DNA of 32,000 nucleotides from Ferroglobus placidus DSM 10642 (GTDB lineage: Archaea > Halobacteriota > Archaeoglobi > Archaeoglobales > Archaeoglobaceae). How positions within the stretch are numbered: position 1 is the stretch's first letter; each line of letters begins with the position of its first letter. A model generated the notes under the pieces. It saw only the letters and a list, made by a program, of their open reading frames with translations. It made no database searches and was not told the DNA's origin. The stretch lies in the NCBI RefSeq assembly GCF_000025505.1, contig NC_013849.1:2164267-2196266 (forward strand). Reading direction: 5' to 3'. The position numbers and the translations under genes are program-made. Below, piece by piece: positions 17,441-26,245 of this stretch.

Positions 17441-17621
17441 ACCATTCTATGCTTATCGCGTTGTTCGGACAGGCTCTCGTGCACGCGCCGCACTCCATGC
17501 AGAGGTCTTCGTTTACCTTAGCCACACCGCCGTCGAGATATATGGCTCCTCCCTTCTCGCTGCAAACTTCCACGCAGGCTCCGCATCCATCGCACTTTGA
17601 AGCGTCAATTACGGCAGGCAT
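17439..17621 (-). CDS. 2x[4Fe-4S] ferredoxin
   Basis: DASKCDGCGACVEVC...DLCMECGACTRACPNNAI. Confidence 0.93.
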   Translation of the reverse strand: MPAVIDASKCDGCGACVEVCSEKGGAIYLDGGVAKVNEDLCMECGACTRACPNNAISIEW

Positions 17622-17726
17622 AATAAAAGCTTACACAACTTGAAATTAAAATTCGAGGGCTTTTTCGGTTTTTACTCAAACGCTCACACCCGATAACCTT
17701 TAAATCTTATCTCACGAATATCCTCT

Positions 17727-17782
17727 GTCGATGATGACGAGCGCGGGTGCTGAAAAGTGATGAAGAGCTGACGGTCTGAGAC
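17727..17782 (+). ncRNA. Box C/D guide sRNA
   Basis: GTC/GAC closing stem. Box C ATGATGA 17731-17737, 12-nt guide CGAGCGCGGGTG, D' CTGA 17750-17753, AAA, C' GTGATGA 17757-17763, 12-nt guide AGAGCTGACGGT, D CTGA 17776-17779. A TTTAAAT TATA-like element lies about 25 nt upstream. Confidence 0.93.
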
Positions 17783-17829
17783 GTTACAATAAAAAATTCC
17801 CTGAGTGAAAAACTAAAAAAGAGTTAAAA

Positions 17830-19014
17830 TCATGGTCTGTAGCTTTTCGGCATTCCGAGAACGTGCTCTCCTATGTAGGCGAGCGCCATCTGCTGCGTTA
17901 CGGGAGCGAGCCTTATCAGGTTTATCTCTCTCCACCACCTTTCGACATCGTATTCTTTAGTGTATCCGTAGCCTCCGAAGGTTTGCATAGCCCAGTAAAC
18001 AGCTCTAATTCCTGCCTCTACTGCCACAACCTTAGCCATGTTGGCAGCGTCACCAACTTCTCTGTAAGAAGCGTTGTTGTCGAACAGCCAAGCAGCTTTC
18101 AGGTTCATCAGTTTTGCACACTCCAGCGTGGCGTAAGCCTCAGCCAAGGGGAACTGCAATCCCTGGTAGCTTCCGATCGGATCCTGAAAGACCTTCCTCT
18201 GCTTGGAATACTCCACAGCCTTGCTAACAGCCAATCTCGCTATGCCTATTGCCGCAGCTGCGAAACTCATCCTCTCAGGATTCAGCGTGTCGAGAATTAG
18301 GTACCACCCCTCGTCTTGCGGAGGAATTAAAGCATTTTCCGGCAATCTCAAATTATTGAAGCTGACTTCACAGGTTTTTGAATAGTTTATTCCGTGTTTT
18401 GGTATGGGGTTTATCTTTACCGCTGGATTTGGCAAGTCAGCTAAGAACAAACTTATTCCGTAAGTTCTCTTCGGAGCCTCCTCTCTTGGAGTCGTTCTTG
18501 CGATTATAAGCATTCCCTTCGCCCTGTCAGCTCCGCTTATGAATATCTTGTTGCCGTTTATCACCCACTCGTCTCCGTCTTTAACTGCCCTCGTCCTTAT
18601 GTTGAGGGTGTTCGTTCCAGCGTCGGGCTCAGTCAGAGCCATGCAGAACTCAAGCTTGCCTTTAGCGATCTTCGGAAGGTACTTTTCCTTTTGCTCTTCA
18701 GTTCCGTGCCTCACAATCGTCAAAGCCCCAAAGACCTCGGTAAGAACGAGATACCACACTCCCCCCATTCCGCAGCCGTTGGCGGCTAACTCCTCCATCG
18801 CTATAAGCAGTTCTGTCATTCCGTACCCGGAGCCCCCGTACTCTTCGGGGATTACTATTCCTACGAAACCGGCATCGCTTATAGCCTTCCAGAACTCCTC
18901 GGCAAACTCTCCCTTCTCGTCCTTTTCCCTCCAGTATTCGGGAGGAAAATCTTTAGCGATATCTCTTGCAGCCTCTGCTATCATCTTCTGATCTTCCGTC
19001 AGTTTAAAGTCCAA
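17830..19014 (-). CDS. Acyl-CoA dehydrogenase
   Basis: The likely start is TTG (LDFKLTEDQKM) behind GGAGGTG. ORF motifs include CMALTEPDAGTN, GDEWVINGNKIFISG, QTFGGYGYTKEYDVERWWRE. The tracked ORF extends to 19131. Confidence 0.9.
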   Translation of the reverse strand: MDFKLTEDQKMIAEAARDIAKDFPPEYWREKDEKGEFAEEFWKAISDAGFVGIVIPEEYGGSGYGMTELLIAMEELAANGCGMGGVWYLVLTEVFGALTIVRHGTEEQKEKYLPKIAKGKLEFCMALTEPDAGTNTLNIRTRAVKDGDEWVINGNKIFISGADRAKGMLIIARTTPREEAPKRTYGISLFLADLPNPAVKINPIPKHGINYSKTCEVSFNNLRLPENALIPPQDEGWYLILDTLNPERMSFAAAAIGIARLAVSKAVEYSKQRKVFQDPIGSYQGLQFPLAEAYATLECAKLMNLKAAWLFDNNASYREVGDAANMAKVVAVEAGIRAVYWAMQTFGGYGYTKEYDVERWWREINLIRLAPVTQQMALAYIGEHVLGMPKSYRP

Positions 19015-19040
19015 ATCAATCACCTCCAAAAAATAGAAAA

Positions 19041-19511
19041 TTAGGCTGGTTTGAAGTAAAGAATGTCCGTAATCTTTCCTTCTCTCTCTTCCTTCGGCTT
19101 TAGAACCGGTTTGACTTTCATTCCAACGCAAACGTCTTCGGGATTCACTTCTCCGAGCAGGTGAATTATTCTTCCGTTTGTTCCGTCCATCTCTATGAGA
19201 GCGTAGATTTCCGGTTTTTCGAGCTTCTCTCCGTTTTTATCGTAGTACGCCACAGCAAAAGCCGCAACGCATCCCTCTCCGCTCACTTCCACGTATTCCG
19301 TCTCGCTAAAGTCGAACTCGCAGTAGATCCTCGGAGGGAAGAATACGTGCCCGCATTTTTTACATTTGGCGGCTGTAAACTTCCCCTCATCCCTCAGCTT
19401 TTTGAAAAAGTAATCTCCAGCTTCTCCGCTCGTGTAAACCCAGTAAAGCTCTATCTTACCTTCCACGTGCTTCAGCTCTCGAGGATCGATAATTTTTTCG
19501 GTAAAAACCAT
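19041..19511 (-). CDS. DUF35 Zn-ribbon/OB-fold acyl-CoA-binding protein (copy b)
   Basis: AAKCKKCGHVFFPPRIYCEFDFSE is DUF35-like. The fourth Zn-ribbon Cys seems absent. Confidence 0.88.
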   Translation of the reverse strand: MVFTEKIIDPRELKHVEGKIELYWVYTSGEAGDYFFKKLRDEGKFTAAKCKKCGHVFFPPRIYCEFDFSETEYVEVSGEGCVAAFAVAYYDKNGEKLEKPEIYALIEMDGTNGRIIHLLGEVNPEDVCVGMKVKPVLKPKEEREGKITDILYFKPA

Positions 19512-19516
19512 TCACA

Positions 19517-20053
19517 TCACCCCTCTATCGGCTTCCAGTACTTTATATCCGTTATCGCTCCCTCCCTCTCCTCTTCGGGCTTCCAGACCGCCTTTACTTT
19601 CATTCCGATGTAAACCTTGTCCGGCTCGACCTCGCCGAGTTTATGTAGAATTCCCATGTGTGGAGAGGCTCCGTCTATAGCTATAACTGCCACAATTTCC
19701 GGCTCTTCTAAAGGTCTCGCGTCTGGATCGATGTAGGAGATCGAGAAGGTCTCAACAACTCCGGTGTCTTTAAGCTCGACCCACTCGTTTATAGGTTTGA
19801 AACAAAGCTCGCAGAATTCCCTTGGAGGAACCATAACCCTTCCGCACTTGTTGCACTTTACTCCGAGAATCTTTCCCTCCTTCAACCCCTTGAGGAACTT
19901 GCTGATAGCCTGTCCGGCTGTAAAGGAATAGCGAATGTCAGGGTGATCTTCCACGTACGTTATCGTCTTCTTCTCGAAATCCTCCGCTTCGAGCTCTCTC
20001 CCCTTAACGTAAGGAGGACAGCTAATATCCTTCTTACCTACCGCCAACTCCAT
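19517..20053 (-). CDS. DUF35 Zn-ribbon/OB-fold acyl-CoA-binding protein (copy a)
   Basis: GVKCNKCGRVMVPPREFCELC...GVVETFSISYIDPDARPLEEPEIVAVIAID. The start at 20053 overlaps the thiolase stop, and the tracked ORF extends to 20107. Confidence 0.9.
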   Translation of the reverse strand: MELAVGKKDISCPPYVKGRELEAEDFEKKTITYVEDHPDIRYSFTAGQAISKFLKGLKEGKILGVKCNKCGRVMVPPREFCELCFKPINEWVELKDTGVVETFSISYIDPDARPLEEPEIVAVIAIDGASPHMGILHKLGEVEPDKVYIGMKVKAVWKPEEEREGAITDIKYWKPIEG

Positions 20054-21261
20054 CACCTCTTGTTTGATAAAACCATAACGGTTCCAACCTGCATCAAATC
20101 TCCCCAAGCCTGAGCGACTCCCGTTGTGACTTCCTTCGGAACCTGCCTCTTTCCAGCTCTGTAGGCGAGCTGCCAGTAGATTTCCGCTACTTTAACTCCC
20201 ATTGTCGCAGCTATCGGGTTTCCTACTCCAAGCAGTCCTCCAGATGGGCAAACAGGAAGATCACCGTCTCTTGCCGTGACTCCCTCTCTCGTTAAGATGG
20301 GTGCCTCACCCTTCTTAGCCAAGCCTAACCCTTCCATGTGGTGCAACTCCTTGTAATCGAAGGGATCGTAGGGCTCAGCCACGTCGATTTCCTTCCTCGG
20401 ATCGGTTATGTGAGCCATCTTGTAAGCCATTTTCGCAGCCTCAGCCACGTACCTCGGGAAGTAGAGGTCTCTGTTCGTCCACCACGTTGTGTCCAAACTC
20501 CAGCCAACTCCTGCCACCCAAACCGGCTCGTCCGTGAGTTGTCTCGCTATGTGGGGAGCGACCATTATCAAAGCAGACGCTCCGTCGCTCGGCGGAGAAA
20601 CGTCGAGTCTTCTCACCGGCAAAGCCATCGGCTCGCTGTTGAGTACGTCTTCAACGGTTATCTTGGCTGCAAGCTGTGCAGCCGGATGGTCTAAAGCGTT
20701 TGCCTTGTTCTTTACGGAAACGAGAGCTATATCTTCATGCTTTATGTTGTGGACGTGCATGTACCTCCTCATTTCCAGAGCGAATATCCAGATGAGGTTC
20801 GGTTTTAGCGGACGATCGAGAATTGGATCCCAGATGTACTTGAAAGCCGACTGCGGATGCGGATGGGAAGAGCTCATCTTCTCTTCGGTAACAACCAAGC
20901 AAACGTCGGCAAGACCGCTTGCAACGTGCCAGTAGCCGGCGATAGGAGCGAATACTCCAGTGCCTCCTCCTACGAAAACTCTCATGTATGGCTTGTTGCT
21001 TCCTCCAGCTCCGTCGAGCAGGTATTCTCCCTTCATGTGCACACCGTCAAAGGCATCTGGAGCTGAACCCATTACAACCATGTCTATGTCGCTGATGTCC
21101 AAGCCAGCTTCTTCCAAAGCCTGCTTTACAGCATAGTAACTAAGCTCTTTTCCAGTCTCGTTAAGCCTCCTTCTGAATATCGTCATTCCCGCTCCAACTA
21201 TCGCGACATCCTGCTTTTTGTGGTACTTCAAACCCTTAACCTTCTCAACTATCATGACCAT
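20053..21261 (-). CDS. Thiolase-like protein (copy 1)
   Basis: QDVAIVGAGMTIF, ...HVASGLADVCLVVTEEKMS... and DLPVCPSGGLLGVGNPIAATMGVKVAEIYWQL are thiolase/SCP-x-like. The start is chosen at MVMIVEK, overlapping the stop of copy 2. Confidence 0.9.
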   Translation of the reverse strand: MVMIVEKVKGLKYHKKQDVAIVGAGMTIFRRRLNETGKELSYYAVKQALEEAGLDISDIDMVVMGSAPDAFDGVHMKGEYLLDGAGGSNKPYMRVFVGGGTGVFAPIAGYWHVASGLADVCLVVTEEKMSSSHPHPQSAFKYIWDPILDRPLKPNLIWIFALEMRRYMHVHNIKHEDIALVSVKNKANALDHPAAQLAAKITVEDVLNSEPMALPVRRLDVSPPSDGASALIMVAPHIARQLTDEPVWVAGVGWSLDTTWWTNRDLYFPRYVAEAAKMAYKMAHITDPRKEIDVAEPYDPFDYKELHHMEGLGLAKKGEAPILTREGVTARDGDLPVCPSGGLLGVGNPIAATMGVKVAEIYWQLAYRAGKRQVPKEVTTGVAQAWGDLMQVGTVMVLSNKR

Positions 21262-22403
21262 CACCTCGAAAATACAGCCACAGCTCCGGTAGCGGTAGGA
21301 ATGTATCTCCAAGACATAGCCACGCCAACCTCAGCGTCAACCTGCCTTCTTCCAGCTTCCCCTCTCAGCTGCAAAACGACCTCCAAAGCTTTTTGCCCGC
21401 CGGTAGCTTCAAGGAGATTTCCAACGCTGAGATTTCCTCCAGAAACGTTCACCGGCAATTCTCCTTTTCTGTCGAAGTAACCGCTCTTCATCAATTCCTC
21501 CACTTCTCCCTTCTTAGCCAAACCGAGAGCTTCGATGTGCTGAACTTCTTTGTAGGCAAACCTGTCGTCAACCTCTGCAAGCTGAATTTCTTTATCCGGC
21601 TTAGTTATTCCAGCCATCTTGTAAGCCATTTCGGCAGCCTTCTTTGCATAAGCCGCTTCAAAGCTCATCGTGTCGTAATTGCTTGTTTCGCTCCACCAGC
21701 CAATTCCGTTAATCCATATCGGATCGTCTCTAAGCTCCTTAGCAACCTGCTCGTTAGCCAAAACGAAAACAATAGCTCCGTCGCTCCTCTCAGCAATTTC
21801 GAGCTTTCTCAACGGATAGAAGGCTGCTTCGCTGCTCAAAACATCTTCGACGCTTACATTAGCTGAGTACGGAGCGTCTTTGTTCAGCCTTCCGTGCTTC
21901 TTGTTCTTTACAACAACTTCAGCGAAAAGCTCGTCGCTGTAGCCTCTTCTGCTCATGTAGTATGATTTTTCGAGGGCGGCGAAGTAGTAAGGATGAGCCT
22001 TTCCGATCGGTCTCAGCCATATCGGGTCGAACGCAAACTTAATGACTTCTCCGAAAGTCACTATGTCGCTCGCTTTGCTGTGAGCTTCTACAACAGCTAT
22101 CTCAGCCAGTCCGCTCTTTATTATCATGTACGCGTTGGCGATTCCGTGGAGAAAATCGGCAGTCACGGTGAACGTTGGCTTCAGCACCGCACCAAGCTGA
22201 TCTGGCACGAACTCGTCGAAAATTGCGAAGCCCTCCCAGAAGTCTTCCGCGCACGTGACGAAGCTGTCGACGTCCTTTCTTGGATTTATCCCTGCATCTT
22301 CGTAAGCTCTGACTGCAGCTTCGTACATTATCTCTTTCCAGCTTAAATCCGGCGTATTTGCGTTAAAACCGGAGTAGCCAACGCCTACGACAGCTACTCT
22401 CAT
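21261..22403 (-). CDS. Thiolase-like protein (copy 2)
   Basis: MRVAVVGVGYSGF...IIKSGLAEIAVVEAHSKASD...ELPVNVSGGNLSVGNLLEATGGQKALEVVLQLRG. Confidence 0.88.
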   Translation of the reverse strand: MRVAVVGVGYSGFNANTPDLSWKEIMYEAAVRAYEDAGINPRKDVDSFVTCAEDFWEGFAIFDEFVPDQLGAVLKPTFTVTADFLHGIANAYMIIKSGLAEIAVVEAHSKASDIVTFGEVIKFAFDPIWLRPIGKAHPYYFAALEKSYYMSRRGYSDELFAEVVVKNKKHGRLNKDAPYSANVSVEDVLSSEAAFYPLRKLEIAERSDGAIVFVLANEQVAKELRDDPIWINGIGWWSETSNYDTMSFEAAYAKKAAEMAYKMAGITKPDKEIQLAEVDDRFAYKEVQHIEALGLAKKGEVEELMKSGYFDRKGELPVNVSGGNLSVGNLLEATGGQKALEVVLQLRGEAGRRQVDAEVGVAMSWRYIPTATGAVAVFSR

Positions 22404-22639
22404 TTTGTTTCACCAGTTTCAGCTTTACTTACGCACTATTTAAAATTTTCTTTTTTATTCATTTCAAATTTTATGAACTCCAATATAAATTTTTTTAATT
22501 ATTAAACATTCCCGTAAAGCTTTTGCCTATTCGATATCAAAAATCCTGACAAATTTAAGCCGGCTTCAAATAAATTTTTGACAAAGCTTAAATAAACTAA
22601 CGCACTTCTGCTTTCTGTAAAACTTCTGGAGGGGGCAAA

Positions 22640-24199
22640 ATGTCAAGGCTTCAAGAGCATCCGATAGTTGATTTTAAGAGGGGCAAGGAAGTCACAATTT
22701 ATTTCAACGGAAAGCCGATAAAAGCTTATGAGGGTGAAACTGTAGCTGCAGCGTTGTATGCTGCCGGAATTCGTGTTTTTAGCAGATCTTTCAGATTTCA
22801 CAGACCTCGTGGATTCTTCTGCGCTATAGGAAAGTGTTCGGCTTGCATGATGGAAGTAGATGGAATACCAAACGTCAGAATATGCAAAGTTTACGTGAGA
22901 GACGGAATGCAGATAAGGACGCAGAACGCGTATCCTTCAGCGGAAAACGACGCTTTAGCGATTTTCGACAGGATAATAGACAGATTCTTTCCCCACGGCT
23001 CACACTACAAGAAGTTCACGAGCTCCAAAACGCTAAGGGAAATAGCGACGAAGCAAATGAGGAAAATAGCCGGAATAGGTGAGTTTCCAAAAGCTCTGCC
23101 GAAAGAAGAGGCGGACTACGAAGAGATTAATGCGGACATAGCGATAGTGGGCGGAGGTCCTGCTGGTTTATCAGCTGCAATTTACGCTGGAAGGCTCGGA
23201 GCGAAAGTTGTTCTGATGGACGAAAATCCGTACTTAGGCGGACAGCTGATAAAGCAGACACACAGATTCTTCGGTAGCGGAGAGCACTATGCCGGAACGA
23301 GAGGAATAAGGATCGCGGAAATTTTAACGAAAGAGGTAAAAGAAATTGAGAACGTGGATGTTAGGACCGAGACGAAAGTTTTCGGAATTTACGGGAAAAC
23401 CGTTGCGGCTGTCGAAAAAGATAGAAAGCTCCTGAAGGTCAACGCTAAAAAGATTGTTATTGCAACCGGAGCTTATGAAAGAACCTTAATCTTTGAAAAC
23501 AACGATCTTCCCGGAGTTTACGGAGCTGGAGGAGTTCAGACGTTAATGAACGTTTACGGAGTAAAGCCCGGAAATAGAGGGTTAATCGTCGGTTCTGGAA
23601 ATGTAGGACTTATTCTCAGCTATCAGCTCTTGCAGGCTGGCGTTGATGTTGCAGCTATCGTCGAGGCTATGCCGTTCGTTGGAGGGTACTTCGTTCATGC
23701 TGCAAAAGTGAGGAGACTCGGAGTTCCCATTTACACGAGACACACGATTCTGAAGGCTCTCGGAGAAAAGAAGGTGGAAAGAGCAATAATTGTTGAGCTG
23801 GATGAAAATTGGAGACCGATCGAGGGAACGGAGAAGGAGATAGAGTGCGACTTCATCTGCGTGGCTGTAGGTTTGTCTCCAGCTCACGAATTACTTTACC
23901 AAGCCGGATGCGAAATGAAATTCGTCCCCGAGCTTGGAGGTTTGGTACCAGTTAGAAACAAGTACGGAGAAACTACTGCAGAAGGAGTTTACGTTGCCGG
24001 AGACGTGGCGGGAATCGAGGAAGCTACGGCGGCAATGATGGAGGGTAGAATTGCCGGGCTTGATGCTGCGATAAAGCTTGGATACGGGGATGAAGAGGCG
24101 GTAAAGCTAAGAGATAAGATAGTGGGAGAACTCGAAGAGTTTAGAAGGGGACCTTTCGGTGAGAGGATTCTCAGAGGTTTGGAGAAGGTGGTGAGGTGA
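22640..24199 (+). CDS. FAD/NAD-binding alpha subunit of a dye-linked (proline/sarcosine/opine-type) dehydrogenase, PdhA/HcnB-like
   Basis: N-terminal 2Fe-2S-like region (FRFHRPRGFFCAIGKCSACMMEVDG), then ADIAIVGGGPAGLSAAIYAGRLGAKVVLMDEN. Confidence 0.88.
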   Translation: MSRLQEHPIVDFKRGKEVTIYFNGKPIKAYEGETVAAALYAAGIRVFSRSFRFHRPRGFFCAIGKCSACMMEVDGIPNVRICKVYVRDGMQIRTQNAYPSAENDALAIFDRIIDRFFPHGSHYKKFTSSKTLREIATKQMRKIAGIGEFPKALPKEEADYEEINADIAIVGGGPAGLSAAIYAGRLGAKVVLMDENPYLGGQLIKQTHRFFGSGEHYAGTRGIRIAEILTKEVKEIENVDVRTETKVFGIYGKTVAAVEKDRKLLKVNAKKIVIATGAYERTLIFENNDLPGVYGAGGVQTLMNVYGVKPGNRGLIVGSGNVGLILSYQLLQAGVDVAAIVEAMPFVGGYFVHAAKVRRLGVPIYTRHTILKALGEKKVERAIIVELDENWRPIEGTEKEIECDFICVAVGLSPAHELLYQAGCEMKFVPELGGLVPVRNKYGETTAEGVYVAGDVAGIEEATAAMMEGRIAGLDAAIKLGYGDEEAVKLRDKIVGELEEFRRGPFGERILRGLEKVVR

Positions 24200-24688
24200 A
24201 TGCAGGAGTTTTGCAAGAGGGGGTATTTGATTGAAGAAGAACTTCCAGAACCGCCAAGCGAAGAAAGGCTGAGAGATAAAAGACCCGTGGCTTACATAGA
24301 ATGCCCTCAGAGAATTCCCTGCTCACCTTGTAAAGAAGCTTGCAGGTTCGATGCTGTGATAATGGAGACGATAAACGACACTCCGAAAGTGGATTACGAG
24401 AAGTGTACCGGATGCATGGCTTGCATAAGAGTTTGCCCCGGCTTAGCAATTTTCATGCTCCAAATTAAGGACGATAAGGGTTACGTTACCTTGCAGTACG
24501 AATTCCTGCCCTGGCTGAAAAAGGGAGACAGAGTGCTCGTTTTGAACAGAAAAGGGGAAGTGATAGGAGAGGGAGTAATAGCGTGGGCTTTGAATCCGGA
24601 AAGGAACGACAGAACTCAGCTCGTAACGGTTGAAGTCGATAAAGATCTGATTTTTGAGGCGAGAGCGGTTAAGAAGGTGGTAGAATGA
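24200..24688 (+). CDS. 4Fe-4S ferredoxin-like subunit, PdhF-like
   Basis: ECPQRIPCSPCKEACRF...KCTGCMACIRVCPGLAIF. Confidence 0.85.
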   Translation: MQEFCKRGYLIEEELPEPPSEERLRDKRPVAYIECPQRIPCSPCKEACRFDAVIMETINDTPKVDYEKCTGCMACIRVCPGLAIFMLQIKDDKGYVTLQYEFLPWLKKGDRVLVLNRKGEVIGEGVIAWALNPERNDRTQLVTVEVDKDLIFEARAVKKVVE

Positions 24689-24957
24689 AGAGCAGAAAGA
24701 TCGTTTGCAGGTGTGAGGATATAACCGAAGAGGAAATAATACACGCTATAGAGGAAGGATACGACGACATAGAAAGTTTGAAAAGGTACACGGGAGCCAC
24801 AACCGGAGCTTGCCAGGGAAAGGGTTGCCTAATGCACATACTGAGGATTCTCAGTCAAAAAACCGGAAAGAGTCCAGAGGAGATCGGGATAACAACCCAA
24901 AGACCTCCCGTAAACCCAGTTCCCTTATACGTTTTGGCTGAGGGTGATAAAGAATGA
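24685..24957 (+). CDS. BFD-like [2Fe-2S] subunit, PdhX-like
   Basis: KIVCRCEDITEEEI...YTGATTGACQGKGCLMHI. Confidence 0.88.
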   Translation: MKSRKIVCRCEDITEEEIIHAIEEGYDDIESLKRYTGATTGACQGKGCLMHILRILSQKTGKSPEEIGITTQRPPVNPVPLYVLAEGDKE

Positions 24958-26045
24958 GGGTGGCGATAATCGGTTCCGGCATAGCCGGGATTTCTCTCGC
25001 TTACTTTCTTGCGAAAAGCGGAATTGACGTGGCTGTTTTCGAGAAAAAATATCCTCTTTACGGAGCGAGCGGAAGAAATTCGGGGGGAATAACTCTTCAG
25101 TTCGACAAACCGGAGTTCGTGGATCTCGCTAAGGAGAGCTTAAAAATTTACGACAGAGTTCAGTCGGAAGTGGGATTCAACTTCCTGTACAGGCACGACG
25201 GCTACATAAAAGTGGCGAGAAATAAAGACGATTTGGACAAGCTTGAAAAAGAGGTTAAAGTGGCGAAGTCGAGAGGAGTAAAAGCGAAAATGCTTGAAGC
25301 CGAGGAAGTAAAGGAGTTCGTTCCCGACTTCAACCCTGATGCCATAGTTGGGGCGAGCTATTCGGAAGGGGGAGTGATCTTTCCTTGGCCGGTAATCTGG
25401 GGATTTGCCAAAGGTTGTAAAGAGATGGGAGTTGAGATCAAAAAAATGAGCGAAGTTAAGGAGATCGTCATTGAAAAAGGGTTTGTAAAGGGAGTAAAAG
25501 CTAACGGAGAGATCTACAAGGCTGATTACGTCGTCAACGCAGCGGGAGCTTGGAGCAACGAAGTCTCGTCTTTAGCTGGCGTAGGATTGGATAACAGAAT
25601 AATTAAAGAGGAAATTTGCGTTAGCGAAAGCTTAAAACCTTACCTCGATCTCTACATTCTCGACGTCTCCACCGGCGTTTACCTGAGTCAGAGTGTCAGA
25701 GGAGAGATAGTGGGAGGGATTCTCGGCAGCGAGGTAGAAAAGCCGGACACTTCTTCAAGCTTCGAGTTCTTGACGAAGTACGCTAAAAAAGCGAGCGAGC
25801 TAATTCCGAAGCTTAAGAGCCTAACGATACTCAGGCAGTGGGCGGGAGTTTACGATGTCGCCAAGGACGATATGCCCGTAGTTGGATTAACCTCCGTCAG
25901 CGGCTTCATACAGTTCAACGGGCTCGGAAAATTCGGAATGTGCATCGCTCCAGCTCTGGCAAAGGAGTTGGCAATTTTGATTGTAAGGGGAGAAAACAGA
26001 AAAATAGAAAAGTTCAGTCCCCTCAGATTGAAAATTTACCACTAA
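24954..26045 (+). CDS. FAD-dependent amino-acid dehydrogenase beta subunit, DAO family, PdhB-like
   Basis: MRVAIIGSGIAGISLAYFLAKSGIDVAVFEKKYPLYGASGRNSGGI... with 4-nt overlaps through the operon. Confidence 0.88.
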   Translation: MRVAIIGSGIAGISLAYFLAKSGIDVAVFEKKYPLYGASGRNSGGITLQFDKPEFVDLAKESLKIYDRVQSEVGFNFLYRHDGYIKVARNKDDLDKLEKEVKVAKSRGVKAKMLEAEEVKEFVPDFNPDAIVGASYSEGGVIFPWPVIWGFAKGCKEMGVEIKKMSEVKEIVIEKGFVKGVKANGEIYKADYVVNAAGAWSNEVSSLAGVGLDNRIIKEEICVSESLKPYLDLYILDVSTGVYLSQSVRGEIVGGILGSEVEKPDTSSSFEFLTKYAKKASELIPKLKSLTILRQWAGVYDVAKDDMPVVGLTSVSGFIQFNGLGKFGMCIAPALAKELAILIVRGENRKIEKFSPLRLKIYH

Positions 26046-26245
26046 ATTTTTCTCTTCTTTTTGAGAACTTCCTCAAGTTTCTTTTCTATCGGCTCCTCAT
26101 GAGTGTACGGGCACATCAGATAATGCTCCACAGCTTTTGCTATCGCATCCTTCGTTGCACTCTCACCGGTCTTTTTCTTCAATTCGTTAAGCACGTCCTC
26201 CGGCAGCACGGTTTGAGCATGCACGATCTTTACCATCTCCATCAC
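26042..26245 (-). CDS. Small conserved archaeal protein, DUF5371-like
   Basis: MVKIVHAQTVLPEDVLNELKKKTGESATKDAIAKAVEHYLMC, overlapping the upstream flavoprotein by 4 nt. Confidence 0.65.
   Translation of the reverse strand: MMEMVKIVHAQTVLPEDVLNELKKKTGESATKDAIAKAVEHYLMCPYTHEEPIEKKLEEVLKKKRKI

Noticed and set aside
19015-19131. N-terminal extension of the acyl-CoA dehydrogenase ORF
   Set aside because: It overlaps the upstream DUF35 gene, while GGAGGTG precedes the TTG at the conserved LDFKLTEDQ start. The shorter gene is preferred.
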